Shown here in pieces: positions 30,497-40,501 of a stretch of 64,000 nucleotides of DNA (the stretch's first letter is position 1; each line of letters starts with the position of its first letter). The notes under the pieces are model-generated. The model made no database searches and was not told the DNA's origin. It saw only the letters and a list, made by a program, of their open reading frames with translations. This stretch comes from an uncultured Christensenella sp. GTDB taxonomy: Bacteria; Bacillota; Clostridia; Christensenellales; DTU072. The position numbers were made by a program, and so were the translations under genes. The stretch is taken from contig CAYQKV010000002.1 in the NCBI GenBank assembly GCA_964418255.1, forward strand, positions 178,003 to 242,002, given 5' to 3'.

Positions 30497-31051
30497 ATGG
30501 CAGACAGATATGTGAACAGAGTTAAAATCCGTTACGATAAAGAGGTCGTACCGGCACTCGAAAAGACGTTCGGATATAAGAATGTGATGCAGGTTCCCAA
30601 GCTGGAAAAAATCACGCTTAATATGCGTCTGGGCGACGTCAAAGACAACTCCAAGAGCATTCAGATAGCGGTAGGCGAGCTTGAGAAGATTGCGGGACAG
30701 AAAGCGATACAGACCAAAGCGAAGAAATCGGTAGCCAACTTCAAAGTTCGCGAGAATATGGTTGTCGGCGCGAAAGTAACGCTCAGAGGCGAAAAAATGT
30801 GGAACTTCTTCGACAAACTCGTAAGCATCGCGCTTCCCCGAGTACGCGACTTCAAAGGCGTGCCCACGGATTCTTTCGACGGCAGAGGCAACTACGCTAT
30901 GGGCGTTAAAGAACAGCTTATATTCCCCGAAATTTCTTACGACCAGATAGAAAAGGTGAGAGGATTCGACGTATGCTTCGTTACGACGGCAAAGACGGAC
31001 GAAGAAGCGAAAGAACTTCTTAAACAACTGGGAATGCCGTTCGAGAAGTAG
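30497..31051 (+). CDS. rplE: 50S ribosomal protein L5 (uL5)
   Basis: Contains [16 protein letters not shown] and sits at the expected operon position. Confidence 0.96.
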   Translation: MADRYVNRVKIRYDKEVVPALEKTFGYKNVMQVPKLEKITLNMRLGDVKDNSKSIQIAVGELEKIAGQKAIQTKAKKSVANFKVRENMVVGAKVTLRGEKMWNFFDKLVSIALPRVRDFKGVPTDSFDGRGNYAMGVKEQLIFPEISYDQIEKVRGFDVCFVTTAKTDEEAKELLKQLGMPFEK

Positions 31052-31061
31052 GAGGTAGACA

Positions 31062-31247
31062 ATGGCAAAAAAAGCGATGATAAATAAACAACAGAGAAAG
31101 CAGAAGTTTTCCACCAGAGAATACACCCGTTGCAGTATCTGCGGAAGACCTCACGCCGTTCTCAAAAAATTCGGCATTTGCAGAATATGTTTCAGGGAAC
31201 TTGCCTATAAAGGCGAAATTCCCGGAGTAAAGAAAGCAAGCTGGTAA
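31062..31247 (+). CDS. rpsN: 30S ribosomal protein S14 type Z (zinc-binding, 61 aa)
   Basis: Contains [23 protein letters not shown] (CxxC...CxxC). Confidence 0.96.
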   Translation: MAKKAMINKQQRKQKFSTREYTRCSICGRPHAVLKKFGICRICFRELAYKGEIPGVKKASW

Positions 31248-31266
31248 GATAGGAGGTATAATAAAT

Positions 31267-31671
31267 ATGGCTATGACAGACCCTATTGCAGATATGCTGA
31301 CCCGTATCAGAAACGGGCTTACGGCTAAACTGGAAACCGTAACCGTACCCGCTTCCAATATGAAAAAGGCGATTGCCGAAATTCTCGTTGAAGAAGGATA
31401 CGTCAAGAGCGCGACGGTCGTAAAAGAAGAAAACAGCGTTCAGGACAATATCGTAATCGAACTCAAATACGGAAAGAACAACGAAAGAGTTATTTCGGGT
31501 TTGAAGAGAATATCCCGTCCGGGACTGCGTATTTACGCGAGATACGACCAGCTTCCCAAAGTCCTCAACGGTCTCGGTATAGCGGTTATTTCCACGTCGA
31601 AAGGCATAATGACCGATAAAAAGGCCCGCGCGGTAAAAGCGGGCGGCGAAGTACTCGCTTACATCTGGTAA
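31267..31671 (+). CDS. rpsH: 30S ribosomal protein S8 (uS8)
   Basis: N-terminus [14 protein letters not shown]. Confidence 0.97.
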   Translation: MAMTDPIADMLTRIRNGLTAKLETVTVPASNMKKAIAEILVEEGYVKSATVVKEENSVQDNIVIELKYGKNNERVISGLKRISRPGLRIYARYDQLPKVLNGLGIAVISTSKGIMTDKKARAVKAGGEVLAYIW

Positions 31672-31686
31672 AGGAGGAGGTTACTT

Positions 31687-32229
31687 ATGTCAAGAATAGG
31701 CAGATTACCGATTAAAATCGAAAACGGAGTAACCGTGACCTTCGTTAGCGGCGTAGTGACGGTAAAAGGAAAACTCGGAACGCTTACGCAGAACATCGAA
31801 AACCCGCACATCAAAGTGACGGTTGACGGCGACCTCGTACACGTTACGAGAGACAACGAAATCAAATCGACGAAAGCGGCGCACGGTCTTTACAGAGCGT
31901 TGATTGCGAATATGGTAAACGGCGTTACGAACGGGTTCAAGAAAGGACTCGTAATCGCGGGCGTAGGTTACAAAGCGCAGCTCAAAGGAAAAGACCTTCT
32001 GCTCAACGTCGGATATTCGCATCCCGTAGACGTAAAAGCTCCCGAAGGAATTACCTTCGAATGTCCGAGCATTACCGAAATCACGGTAAAGGGCATCGAT
32101 AAAGAACTCGTCGGACAGACCGCGGCGAACATCAAAGCTATCAGAAAACCCGAACCCTACCACGGATACGGAATTCATTACAGCGACGAGACCATCCTCC
32201 GCAAGGAAGGAAAGACTAACGGTAAATAA
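31687..32229 (+). CDS. rplF: 50S ribosomal protein L6 (uL6)
   Basis: N-terminus MSRIGRLPIKI. Confidence 0.96.
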   Translation: MSRIGRLPIKIENGVTVTFVSGVVTVKGKLGTLTQNIENPHIKVTVDGDLVHVTRDNEIKSTKAAHGLYRALIANMVNGVTNGFKKGLVIAGVGYKAQLKGKDLLLNVGYSHPVDVKAPEGITFECPSITEITVKGIDKELVGQTAANIKAIRKPEPYHGYGIHYSDETILRKEGKTNGK

Positions 32230-32247
32230 TAACAGAAGGAGCGTAAA

Positions 32248-32628
32248 ATGATTACTAAAATCGATAAAAACGAAATAAGAAAAGCAAGACACGTTCGTAT
32301 GCGTTATTACATTTCCGGAACGGCGGAAAAACCGCGTCTGAACGTTTACAGGTCTCTGAATAACATTTATGCCCAGATTATCGACGACACGGCGAACGAC
32401 GGCAACGGAAACACGTTGGTAAGCGCGAGCACGCTCGATAAAGAAGTTGCGGCGCAGATTGCGGATATGAACAAGACCGAAGCGAGCAAAGTCGTAGGCA
32501 AAGTTATCGCAGAGCGCGCGCTTGCGAAAGGCATAAAGAAAGTAGTATTCGACAGAGGCGGATACCTCTACACCGGTAGAGTTGCCGCAGTAGCGGACGG
32601 CGCAAGAGAAGCCGGACTGGAAATCTAA
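32248..32628 (+). CDS. rplR: 50S ribosomal protein L18 (uL18)
   Basis: Contains [18 protein letters not shown] and [24 protein letters not shown]. Confidence 0.96.
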   Translation: MITKIDKNEIRKARHVRMRYYISGTAEKPRLNVYRSLNNIYAQIIDDTANDGNGNTLVSASTLDKEVAAQIADMNKTEASKVVGKVIAERALAKGIKKVVFDRGGYLYTGRVAAVADGAREAGLEI

Positions 32629-32637
32629 GGAGGTATT

Positions 32638-33150
32638 ATGGCAAGGAACGAAAAATTCAGCAGAGACAGAGAGCCCAAAGACGAGTTTATCAAGAAGACC
32701 GTTTCGGTAAACAGAGTTACCAAGGTCGTTAAGGGCGGTAGAAATATGCGCTTTGCCGCGCTCGTAGTAGTAGGCGACGGCAAAAACAGAGTGGGATGCG
32801 GACTCGGAAAAGCGAAGGAAGTACCCGAAGCTATCGAGAAAGCGAACAAAGCCGCTATTAAAAATATGATAAACATTTCCATCGTCAACGAAACGATACC
32901 TCACGCGATACAGGGAATTTACGGAAGAGGCAAAGTTATGCTTATGCCCGCCGAAGAAGGTACCGGAGTTATTGCCGGAGGTCCCGTGCGTGCGGTACTC
33001 GAAGTAACCGGCATTAAAAATATCCGTACGAAGAGCATCGGAAGCAACAACCCGATTAACTGCGTTAAAGCGACGATTGAAGGACTCAGCCGCGTAAGAA
33101 CGGCGGAAGAAGTGGCGCAAATCCGCGGCATAGACGTGGAAAGCCTGTAA
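32638..33150 (+). CDS. rpsE: 30S ribosomal protein S5 (uS5)
   Basis: Contains [24 protein letters not shown]. Confidence 0.97.
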   Translation: MARNEKFSRDREPKDEFIKKTVSVNRVTKVVKGGRNMRFAALVVVGDGKNRVGCGLGKAKEVPEAIEKANKAAIKNMINISIVNETIPHAIQGIYGRGKVMLMPAEEGTGVIAGGPVRAVLEVTGIKNIRTKSIGSNNPINCVKATIEGLSRVRTAEEVAQIRGIDVESL

Positions 33151-33167
33151 GAAATAGGAGGTTTACT

Positions 33168-33347
33168 ATGGCGCAATTAAAAATCACTTTGGTAAAATCC
33201 ACTATCGGACGCGTCGTCAAACAGCAGGCGACGGTAGAGGCTTTGGGGCTTAACAAAATCGGCAAGACGGTCGTGCTTAACGACACGCCTCAGATAAGAG
33301 GAATGATTGCCAAGGTAAGTCATCTTGTCAAAGTCGAAGAAATATAA
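33168..33347 (+). CDS. rpmD: 50S ribosomal protein L30 (uL30, 59 aa; below the ORF-track cutoff)
   Basis: My own translation is [64 protein letters not shown] lies 7 nt upstream, and the gene sits at the canonical position between rpsE and rplO. Confidence 0.93.
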   Translation: MAQLKITLVKSTIGRVVKQQATVEALGLNKIGKTVVLNDTPQIRGMIAKVSHLVKVEEI

Positions 33348-33359
33348 TGGAGGTTGACA

Positions 33360-33809
33360 ATGAAATTACACAATCTTACTCCCGCACAGGGAGCGAATAC
33401 CTCGGAAAAGAGACTGGGAAGAGGTATCGGTTCCGGACTGGGCAAGACCTCCGGTAAAGGACACAAAGGACAGTGGGCAAGAAGCGGCGGCGGAGTCAGA
33501 CCCGGATTCGAGGGCGGCACGATGCCTCTTACCCGCAGAATTCCCAAAAGAGGGTTCAAAAACGCGTTGTTTAAGAAAGTTTATTCTATCGTCAACGTGG
33601 AAACTCTCGAAGCAAATTTTGACAACGGAGCAGTTGTAAACGCAGAAGTATTATATGAAAAGGGTATTATAAGCAAAATCGAGGAGTACGGTCTGAAAGT
33701 TCTCGGAAACGGAGAACTCACCAAGAGCCTGACCGTGCAAGCCAAGAAATTTACCGAATCCGCTGCCAAAAAAATAACGGAAGCAGGCGGTAAAGTCGAG
33801 GTACTGTAA
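33360..33809 (+). CDS. rplO: 50S ribosomal protein L15 (uL15)
   Basis: N-terminus [38 protein letters not shown]. The ATG at 33360 lies 6 nt after GGAGG. Confidence 0.95.
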   Translation: MKLHNLTPAQGANTSEKRLGRGIGSGLGKTSGKGHKGQWARSGGGVRPGFEGGTMPLTRRIPKRGFKNALFKKVYSIVNVETLEANFDNGAVVNAEVLYEKGIISKIEEYGLKVLGNGELTKSLTVQAKKFTESAAKKITEAGGKVEVL

Positions 33810-35134
33810 TGTTACAGACCCTGAAAAACGCATTCGCCGACGCGAGTATACGTAAAAAGATTATAATTACCCTATTATTACTGTTAGTTTACAGAGTGGG
33901 TTGCTTTATCCCCCTTCCCGGTATAAACTTCGACGTTTACAGCGAGATGTGGGAATCGCAGAGTAACAATCTGCTCTCAATGCTCAATACGATAACGGGC
34001 GGTTCGCTCGAATACGGCACGCTGTTTGCGTTGGGTATCGTTCCGTTTATCAATGCGTCGATTATTATGCAGCTGCTTACGCTTGTAATTCCCAAGCTCG
34101 AAAAGCTGAGTAAAGACGGCGAAGACGGAAGAAGAAAGCTCAACCAGTATTCGCGTTACCTCTCTATCCTGCTCGCAATAGTGCAGGCGATAGGTATCGT
34201 CGTAAGCTGGAAAGCGAGTATCGAAGGCGTGTTCGGAAGCGGCACGACAAGCCAGGTGTTCACGATGATTTTCATCGTAATCATACTTACCGGCGGAAGC
34301 TCGTTCGTTATGTGGCTTGGCGAAAGAATTACCGAATACGGAATAGGCAACGGAACCTCCTTGCTGATTTTCGTAGGTATTATCGCCACCCTCGGCGGAG
34401 ACTTGTGGAACGCGATGATAAACGCCATTCCCGAACAGGCGAAAAACGGCGTTTACGACGGAGTATGGTTCCTGTTTGCATTTATCGCACTGCTTATACT
34501 GCTGTTCGGTTTGATAGTTTTCGTTGACAACAGCGAAAGAAGAATTCCCGTGCAGTATGCAAAACAGATAAAGGGCAACAAAATGTACGGCGGACAGTCC
34601 ACGCACATTCCGATAAAGGTCAACAGCGGCGGCGTTATGCCGATAATCTTCGCGTCCAGCTTGATTATGTTCCCCCAGATGATAATGCAGTTTGCCGACA
34701 GCGATATGTCGAGCGGATTCGTCAGATGGTGGTATCAGTGGATGGGCGTAGGCGGTTATCTTTACGGACCGGTAATGTTCCTGCTTATCATATTCTTTGC
34801 GTATTTCTATGCGCAGATACAGTTCAACCCGGACGATATCGCGAGAATGATACAGCAGAACGGCGGATTTATCCCGGGTATAAGAGCGGGTAAGTCCACG
34901 AGCGATTACCTGAGAAAAATAAATAACCGTATAACCCTTTTCGGCGCGTTGTACCTCGGTATCGTCGCATTGATACCTACTTACATACTGCAAATCAACG
35001 GTTTCGGAGAAATCGGTCTGAACAGCGCGTTCACCGCTACGGGAATGTTGATTGTGGTAAGCGTTGCGCTCGAACTCGATAAACAGTTGCAGAGTCAGCT
35101 GCTGGTCAAGAACAACAGAGGATTTTTGAAATAA
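33809..35134 (+). CDS. secY: Preprotein translocase subunit SecY
   Basis: Ten-TM profile, GIVPFINASIIMQLL motif, and TAATG overlap with rplO. Confidence 0.96.
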   Translation: MLQTLKNAFADASIRKKIIITLLLLLVYRVGCFIPLPGINFDVYSEMWESQSNNLLSMLNTITGGSLEYGTLFALGIVPFINASIIMQLLTLVIPKLEKLSKDGEDGRRKLNQYSRYLSILLAIVQAIGIVVSWKASIEGVFGSGTTSQVFTMIFIVIILTGGSSFVMWLGERITEYGIGNGTSLLIFVGIIATLGGDLWNAMINAIPEQAKNGVYDGVWFLFAFIALLILLFGLIVFVDNSERRIPVQYAKQIKGNKMYGGQSTHIPIKVNSGGVMPIIFASSLIMFPQMIMQFADSDMSSGFVRWWYQWMGVGGYLYGPVMFLLIIFFAYFYAQIQFNPDDIARMIQQNGGFIPGIRAGKSTSDYLRKINNRITLFGALYLGIVALIPTYILQINGFGEIGLNSAFTATGMLIVVSVALELDKQLQSQLLVKNNRGFLK

Positions 35135-35135
35135 G

Positions 35136-35759
35136 ATGAAACTGATATTACTCGGTGCGCCCGGAGCGGGCAAAGGTTCGCAAGCAACCAAAATAGCAAA
35201 CGATTACGGCGTCGCCCATATTTCCACGGGCGACGCGCTCAGAGCAAATATCAAAGAAGGAACCGAGCTCGGCAAGTTCGCCAAATCCTTTATAGACAAA
35301 GGACAGCTTGTTCCCGACGAAGTCGTGGTGGGAATAGTCGCAGACAGAATAAAGAAAGACGATTGCAAAAACGGATTTCTTCTCGACGGGTTCCCCCGCA
35401 CCGTCGCGCAGGCGGAAGCGCTGGAAAAACTTACCGAAATCGACGTCGTTATCAATATCGACGTAGACTTCGAAGTGATTACCGGAAGAATAAGCGGAAG
35501 AAGAATGTGCGCGTGCGGAGAAAGTTATCATATCTCCACGTATAAAGAAGATACTTGCGCAAAATGCGGAGGAAAGCTGTATCAGAGGGCGGACGACAAC
35601 GAAGAGACCGTCAAGAACAGACTGGAAGTTTATCGCAGCCAGACCGCGCCGCTTATCGATTTTTACGCGGCGAGAAACAAACTGGTCACGGTAGACGGAA
35701 ACAAATCCATAGACGCCGTTTACGAAGACGTAAAGAAGGTGCTGGGTGGTAACCGTTAA
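35136..35759 (+). CDS. adk: Adenylate kinase (zinc-lid type)
   Basis: P-loop GAPGAGKGSQA and lid cysteines CACGESYH...CAKCGG. Confidence 0.96.
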   Translation: MKLILLGAPGAGKGSQATKIANDYGVAHISTGDALRANIKEGTELGKFAKSFIDKGQLVPDEVVVGIVADRIKKDDCKNGFLLDGFPRTVAQAEALEKLTEIDVVINIDVDFEVITGRISGRRMCACGESYHISTYKEDTCAKCGGKLYQRADDNEETVKNRLEVYRSQTAPLIDFYAARNKLVTVDGNKSIDAVYEDVKKVLGGNR

Positions 35760-36492
35760 AAGCGAAGAGCAGATAGCCGCGATGCGGAAAGCGGGAAAAG
35801 TTCTCGGCGACGTATTGAGGCTGCTCGAAGAAAACGCGAAAGTCGGAATAAGCACTTACGAACTCGACAGAATCGCATACGAGTACATAAAAAAAGAAGG
35901 GGGCGTGCCGTCGTTTCTGAACTACGGAGGGTTCCCCGCAAGCGTATGCATTTCTCTCGACGAGGAAGTCGTGCACGGAATACCGTCGAAGAAGAGAATA
36001 ATCAAAGACGGGACGCTCGTTAAGTTCGATTGCGGAGTAGGTATGCACGGCGTGCATACGGACGCGGCGAGAACGGTGTGCGTAGGTAACGTGTCCGAAG
36101 AGAAGAGAAAACTTGCGGAAGTAACGAAACAGAGTTTTTTCGAAGGAATAAAAGTGCTTAAAGCGGGAACGAGACTGGGAACGCTGGGACACGCGATACA
36201 GACTTATGCGGAGAGTTACGGATACGGAGTCGTAAGAGATTTGGTCGGACACGGAATAGGAACGTCGGTACACGAAGACCCGAACGTACCCAACTTCGGA
36301 AAGGAAGGACGGGGACTGAGGCTGTTCGAGAATATGACGATAGCCGTGGAGCCGATGATAAACCTCGGTACGTACGAAGTGTATTGCAAGGACGACGGGT
36401 GGACGATAGTGACGGACGACGGAAAAGCGTCGGCGCATTACGAAAACACCGTGGTGATAAAGAAAGACGGCGTAGAGATATTGACGCTCTGA
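35746..36492 (+). CDS. map: Type I methionine aminopeptidase
   Basis: GTG start with the N-terminus VKSEEQIAAMRKAG; metal-ligand regions FDCGV...DAART and GHGIG...HE are present. Confidence 0.93.
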   Translation: MVTVKSEEQIAAMRKAGKVLGDVLRLLEENAKVGISTYELDRIAYEYIKKEGGVPSFLNYGGFPASVCISLDEEVVHGIPSKKRIIKDGTLVKFDCGVGMHGVHTDAARTVCVGNVSEEKRKLAEVTKQSFFEGIKVLKAGTRLGTLGHAIQTYAESYGYGVVRDLVGHGIGTSVHEDPNVPNFGKEGRGLRLFENMTIAVEPMINLGTYEVYCKDDGWTIVTDDGKASAHYENTVVIKKDGVEILTL

Positions 36493-36502
36493 GGAGAGGA
36501 GT

Positions 36503-36772
36503 ATGGAAAGACCTATTACCATCGGTTCGGTGGTATACAGTCGAGCCGGACGGGACGAAGGAAATTATTTTATGGTTCTGGAAATCGTTGACGACAGTTA
36601 CGTGTTGATAACGGACGGAAACATAAGAAAACTTGCGAGTCCGAAAAAGAAGAAGATAAAACACCTTAAAAACACGGGGGACGTGTTGACGCAGATAGCG
36701 GAAAAGGCGATTATCGGAAGCAAAATATACGACGCCGAGGTATTCAGCGCGTTGCGTAAATATAATTCGTAA
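36503..36772 (+). CDS. Small KOW-domain RNA-binding protein (conserved between map and infA in Firmicutes)
   Basis: Contains the KOW-like GSVVYSRAGRDEGNYFMVLEIVDDSYVLITDG, in the expected position. Confidence 0.7.
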   Translation: MERPITIGSVVYSRAGRDEGNYFMVLEIVDDSYVLITDGNIRKLASPKKKKIKHLKNTGDVLTQIAEKAIIGSKIYDAEVFSALRKYNS

Positions 36773-36787
36773 AACGGAGGGAGAACG

Positions 36788-37009
36788 ATGTCTAAGGACG
36801 ACGTAATCGAAGTCGAAGGCGTTGTGACCGAGCTTTTGCCGGGAACGACGTTCAAGGTAAAACTTGTCAACGGACATATAATAACCGCTTATTTATGCGG
36901 AAAAATGCGTCAGCGCACGATAAAGGTATGCGTAGGGGACTCGGTAAAAGTCGAAATGAGCCCGTACGACCTTAATAAGGGCAGAATAACTTACAGAAAC
37001 AGATATTAA
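36788..37009 (+). CDS. infA: Translation initiation factor IF-1
   Basis: N-terminus [13 protein letters not shown]... and ...GRITYRNR. Confidence 0.96.
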   Translation: MSKDDVIEVEGVVTELLPGTTFKVKLVNGHIITAYLCGKMRQRTIKVCVGDSVKVEMSPYDLNKGRITYRNRY

Positions 37010-37032
37010 AAGAAAAGCGGAGGATAATAAAA

Positions 37033-37149
37033 ATGAAAGTCAGACCGTCGGTAAAACCCATTTGCGATAAATGCAAAATCATTAAAAGAAACGGCAGAGT
37101 AATGGTAATTTGCTCGAAATATCCTAAACACAAGCAAAAACAGGGCTAA
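37033..37149 (+). CDS. rpmJ: 50S ribosomal protein L36 (bL36, 38 aa; below the ORF-track cutoff)
   Basis: My own translation is [38 protein letters not shown], the zinc-binding C+ form. Confidence 0.93.
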   Translation: MKVRPSVKPICDKCKIIKRNGRVMVICSKYPKHKQKQG

Positions 37150-37155
37150 AATCGT

Positions 37156-37184
37156 TTGCCAAAGCCGCACGGCTATGGTATAAT
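37156..37184 (+). promoter_or_regulatory. Internal promoter ahead of rpsM (alpha operon)
   Basis: TTGCCA (37156-37161), 17 nt, then the extended -10 TGgTATAAT (37176-37184). It lies at the start of a 293-nt structured spacer. Confidence 0.55.
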
Positions 37185-37442
37185 ATCAAAGCTATTGTAT
37201 AGAAGAATAGCTTTTGTCGCAGAACAAAAAAGCATAAAAAGGAATAACTCGCTTTTCCGAACGGGGAAAAGCGGGTTATAGTGCGGTTTAAGAGGAAACG
37301 AATAGCCGCGCGGACAAATATGAATTCAATATCGAAGGCGGCTGAACCGTTGTTTACCACCGAAAAAAAAGAACGGTTTCCTTCATTGATTGACATAGAT
37401 AAAACAAAGAAAAACTTAAAAGGAAATTTGGAGGTTAGTTAG

Positions 37443-37811
37443 ATGGCTCGTATTGCAGGTGTAGATTTACCCCGTGAAAAAAGAGTAGAAATCGGATTGA
37501 CTTATATCTACGGTATCGGTAGAGTGACTTCCAACAAAATTCTGGAAGCTACCGGAGTAAATCCCGATATCAGGGTTAAAGACCTTTCCGAGGACCAGGT
37601 TGCCGCCATTCGTGAATATATCGAAAATCACGTAGCTGTGGAAGGCGACCTCAGAAGACAGGTGTTCCTGGACATAAAGAGACTTAAAGATATAGGCTGT
37701 TACAGAGGCGTGAGACACAGAAAAGGTCTTCCCGTCAGAGGACAAAGCACGAAACAGAATGCGCGTACGCGTAAAGGACCGAAGCGTACGGTAAGCCGTT
37801 CGAAGAAGTAG
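37443..37811 (+). CDS. rpsM: 30S ribosomal protein S13 (uS13)
   Basis: N-terminus [26 protein letters not shown]. Confidence 0.97.
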   Translation: MARIAGVDLPREKRVEIGLTYIYGIGRVTSNKILEATGVNPDIRVKDLSEDQVAAIREYIENHVAVEGDLRRQVFLDIKRLKDIGCYRGVRHRKGLPVRGQSTKQNARTRKGPKRTVSRSKK

Positions 37812-37821
37812 GAGGTAGAAA

Positions 37822-38214
37822 ATGGCTGTTAGAAAATCCGCTGTAAAAAAGAGAAAAGACTTAAAGCGTATAGAAAAAGGACAAGTCCACGTTTATACCA
37901 CCCATAACAACACGATAGTTACCGTTACCGATATGCAGGGCAACGCGATAAGCTGGGCTTCGGCGGGCGTACTCGGATACAAAGGCGCGAGAAAAGAAAC
38001 CGCTTTTGCCGCTACGCAGGCTACCGAAAAAGCGGTAAACGAAGCGAAAATGCACGGTATCAGAAAGGTAGAAGTCTACGTAAAGGGAACAGGACAGGGA
38101 AGAGAGCCGAGTATCCGTGCGGTACAGGCGTGCGAAGTGGATATCACTATGATAAAAGACGTATCTCCCATTCCGCACAACGGATGCCGTCCGCCCAAGC
38201 GCAGAAGACTGTAA
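37822..38214 (+). CDS. rpsK: 30S ribosomal protein S11 (uS11)
   Basis: Contains HNNTIVTVTDMQGNAISWASAG and PIPHNGCRPPKRRR. Confidence 0.97.
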   Translation: MAVRKSAVKKRKDLKRIEKGQVHVYTTHNNTIVTVTDMQGNAISWASAGVLGYKGARKETAFAATQATEKAVNEAKMHGIRKVEVYVKGTGQGREPSIRAVQACEVDITMIKDVSPIPHNGCRPPKRRRL

Positions 38215-38229
38215 TCAGGAGGTGTAACA

Positions 38230-38853
38230 ATGGCTAAATATACAGGACCCGATTGTCGTCAGTGCAGACGCGAGGGCTGCAAATTATTTCTCAAAGGAGA
38301 CAAGTGCTATTCGGAAAAGTGCGTATTCGTTAAACGCAACACGACGCCGGGAATTCACGGCGGAATGAAGAAGAAACCCACTCCGTACAGCATCCAGCTC
38401 AGAGAAAAACAGAAAGCGAAGAGAATATACGGACTTACGGAGAAACAGTTCCATAAATATTATCTTATGGCGGAAAAACTCCGCGGAGTTACCGGCGAAA
38501 ATATGCTTGTTCTTCTGGAACGCCGTCTCGACAACGTTACGTACAGAATGGGAATAGGCGTGAGCAGAGCTCAGGCGAGACAGATAGTCAACCACGGGCA
38601 CATTACCGTAAACGGAAAACGCGTGAATATTCCGAGTTATCTCGTTAAAGCGGGCGACGTGATAGAAGTCAAGAGCAACAAGCAGGAACTGCCGTTCTTC
38701 AAAGAACTTAAAAATTCTAAGATAAACAACAGCGTGAAGTGGCTTGAATTCAACGCGGAAGCGCTGAAAGGAAGCGTGCTGGCGTTGCCTACGAGAGAAG
38801 ACGTCGATATGCAAATCGCGGAGCATATGATTGTCGAGTTGTATTCCAAATAA
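38230..38853 (+). CDS. rpsD: 30S ribosomal protein S4 (uS4, zinc-ribbon form)
   Basis: N-terminus MAKYTGPDCRQCRREGCKLFLKGDKC, plus the S4 domain RLDNVTYRMG. Confidence 0.97.
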   Translation: MAKYTGPDCRQCRREGCKLFLKGDKCYSEKCVFVKRNTTPGIHGGMKKKPTPYSIQLREKQKAKRIYGLTEKQFHKYYLMAEKLRGVTGENMLVLLERRLDNVTYRMGIGVSRAQARQIVNHGHITVNGKRVNIPSYLVKAGDVIEVKSNKQELPFFKELKNSKINNSVKWLEFNAEALKGSVLALPTREDVDMQIAEHMIVELYSK

Positions 38854-38881
38854 TACGACAAGTTAAGGAGGATATGCCAAA

Positions 38882-39841
38882 ATGATAGAAATGGGAAAAC
38901 CCAAGCTGACAGAAACCGTAATCAAAGAAGAGGCTCACTCGCTGTTTGTCGTAGAGCCGCTCGAAAGAGGATACGGCACGACCATCGGTAACTGTCTCAG
39001 ACGCATACTTTGCACCGCGCTTCCGGGAGCGGCGATTATCGGAGTGGAAATCGAAGGCGTAAGACACGAATTCAGTACGGTCGCCGGAGTAAAGGAAGAC
39101 GTTGCGGAAATCATCCTCAATTTGAAAGACGTAGCGGTAAAGGTATATTCGGAAGACACTTTTGAGACGCAGAAAGTAAAACTTCACAAAGAGGTCGGCG
39201 GAGTAATCACCGCAGGAGACATCGAACTGAACAGCGACATAGAGATAATGAACCCCGAGGCGTACATATGCACGCTCGAAGACGGTTATACGTTCGATAT
39301 GACGCTCACTATCGGAACGGGAAGAGGTTACGTTCCCGCAAACGAAAACAAGCCCGTCAACAAGGATATGCCTATCGGATATATCCCGATTGATTCGCTG
39401 TTTTCGCCCGTGGTATCCGCGTCGTATGCGGTGGAACCCACCCGTGTCCAGCAAGACATCAACTATGACAAATTGACGATAGACGTAAAGACCAACGCGG
39501 CGAGCTCGCCGAGAAAGGTCATCAGCCTTGCGGCTAAGATAATGAGCGACCATATGAAACTGTTCATCAATCTTATCGACGATATGGACGAAGTGGACAT
39601 ACTGGTAAGCAAAGACAACAGCGAACAGCAGAAGACGCTCAATATGAATATCGAAGATTTGGACCTCAGCGTACGTCCGCTTAACTGCCTGAAAAGAGCG
39701 GGAATAACGACGGTTGAAGACCTGATTAAGCGCAGTGAAGACGATATGTTGAAAGTGCGTAACCTCGGACGTAAATCGCTTGACGAAGTTATTATGAAGC
39801 TCAAAAACATAGGGCTTAGCCTTTACAACAAAGACGAGTAA
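38882..39841 (+). CDS. rpoA: DNA-directed RNA polymerase subunit alpha
   Basis: Contains EPLERGYGTTIGNCLRRIL and the C-terminal domain LSVRPLNCLKRAGITTVEDL. Confidence 0.96.
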   Translation: MIEMGKPKLTETVIKEEAHSLFVVEPLERGYGTTIGNCLRRILCTALPGAAIIGVEIEGVRHEFSTVAGVKEDVAEIILNLKDVAVKVYSEDTFETQKVKLHKEVGGVITAGDIELNSDIEIMNPEAYICTLEDGYTFDMTLTIGTGRGYVPANENKPVNKDMPIGYIPIDSLFSPVVSASYAVEPTRVQQDINYDKLTIDVKTNAASSPRKVISLAAKIMSDHMKLFINLIDDMDEVDILVSKDNSEQQKTLNMNIEDLDLSVRPLNCLKRAGITTVEDLIKRSEDDMLKVRNLGRKSLDEVIMKLKNIGLSLYNKDE

Positions 39842-39856
39842 GGAGAAAGAAGATAA

Positions 39857-40372
39857 ATGGCACAGAATCGTAAATTAGGCAAGAGAACCGACCAGAGAGT
39901 TGAGCTTGTTTACAGTCAGGCGGCGCAACTGCTGTGGTACGGAAAAATCGAGACGACAGTCGAAAGAGCTAAGGAAGTAAGAAAAGTAGCCGAAAAGATG
40001 ATAACTCTCGCCGTAAGAACATATCAGGATACCGTAAAAGTTACCAAAGAGAAAGTCAATCAGAAAGACGAAAAAGTCGCGGTGGAATTCACCAACGACG
40101 GACCGAAGAAACTTGCGGCAAGAAGAAAACTTATGGCGATGCTTCCCGATTTGCAGGAAGTAAAAGCGGCGAAAGAAAGCAAAGAGGCGTTCAAAATGAG
40201 AACCGCGGACATCAACCATCCTCTCATTGAAAAAATGTTCGGAGAATACGCTCCGAAATACGATAAGAGAGAACAGGAACTCGGACAGGGCGGCGGATAC
40301 ACCCGTATCATAAAACTCGCCAACCGTCGCGGAGACAACGCAAGTCAGTGCATTCTCGAACTCGTCGACTGA
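39857..40372 (+). CDS. rplQ: 50S ribosomal protein L17 (bL17), long form with a ~50-aa internal insertion
   Basis: The N-terminus NRKLGKRTDQR...IETTVERAKEVRKVAEKMITLA and the C-terminus GGGYTRIIKLANRRGDNA are L17-like. The protein is 171 aa. Confidence 0.92.
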   Translation: MAQNRKLGKRTDQRVELVYSQAAQLLWYGKIETTVERAKEVRKVAEKMITLAVRTYQDTVKVTKEKVNQKDEKVAVEFTNDGPKKLAARRKLMAMLPDLQEVKAAKESKEAFKMRTADINHPLIEKMFGEYAPKYDKREQELGQGGGYTRIIKLANRRGDNASQCILELVD

Positions 40373-40391
40373 AAACAAAAATCTTAAAGAT

Positions 40392-40424
40392 AAAAAAGGT
40401 TCTACGCGCGTAGAACCTTTTTTT
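40392..40424 (+). terminator. Rho-independent terminator ending the ribosomal cluster
   Basis: AAAAAAGGTTCTACG-CG-CGTAGAACCTTTTTTT. Confidence 0.85.
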
Positions 40425-40501
40425 ATTTAGATAAAATTGAAAAAAAGTGGAAGAAAAGATAAAATATTGACTTTTAAGCGGTTTTATATTAAAATTATCA
40501 T

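Noticed and set aside
37124-37396. 90-aa minus-strand ORF in the rpmJ-rpsM spacer.
   Set aside because: It overlaps the rpmJ 3' end and the promoter/hairpin region, has no SD, and has a hydrophobic junk-like composition. The region is better explained as a structured leader.
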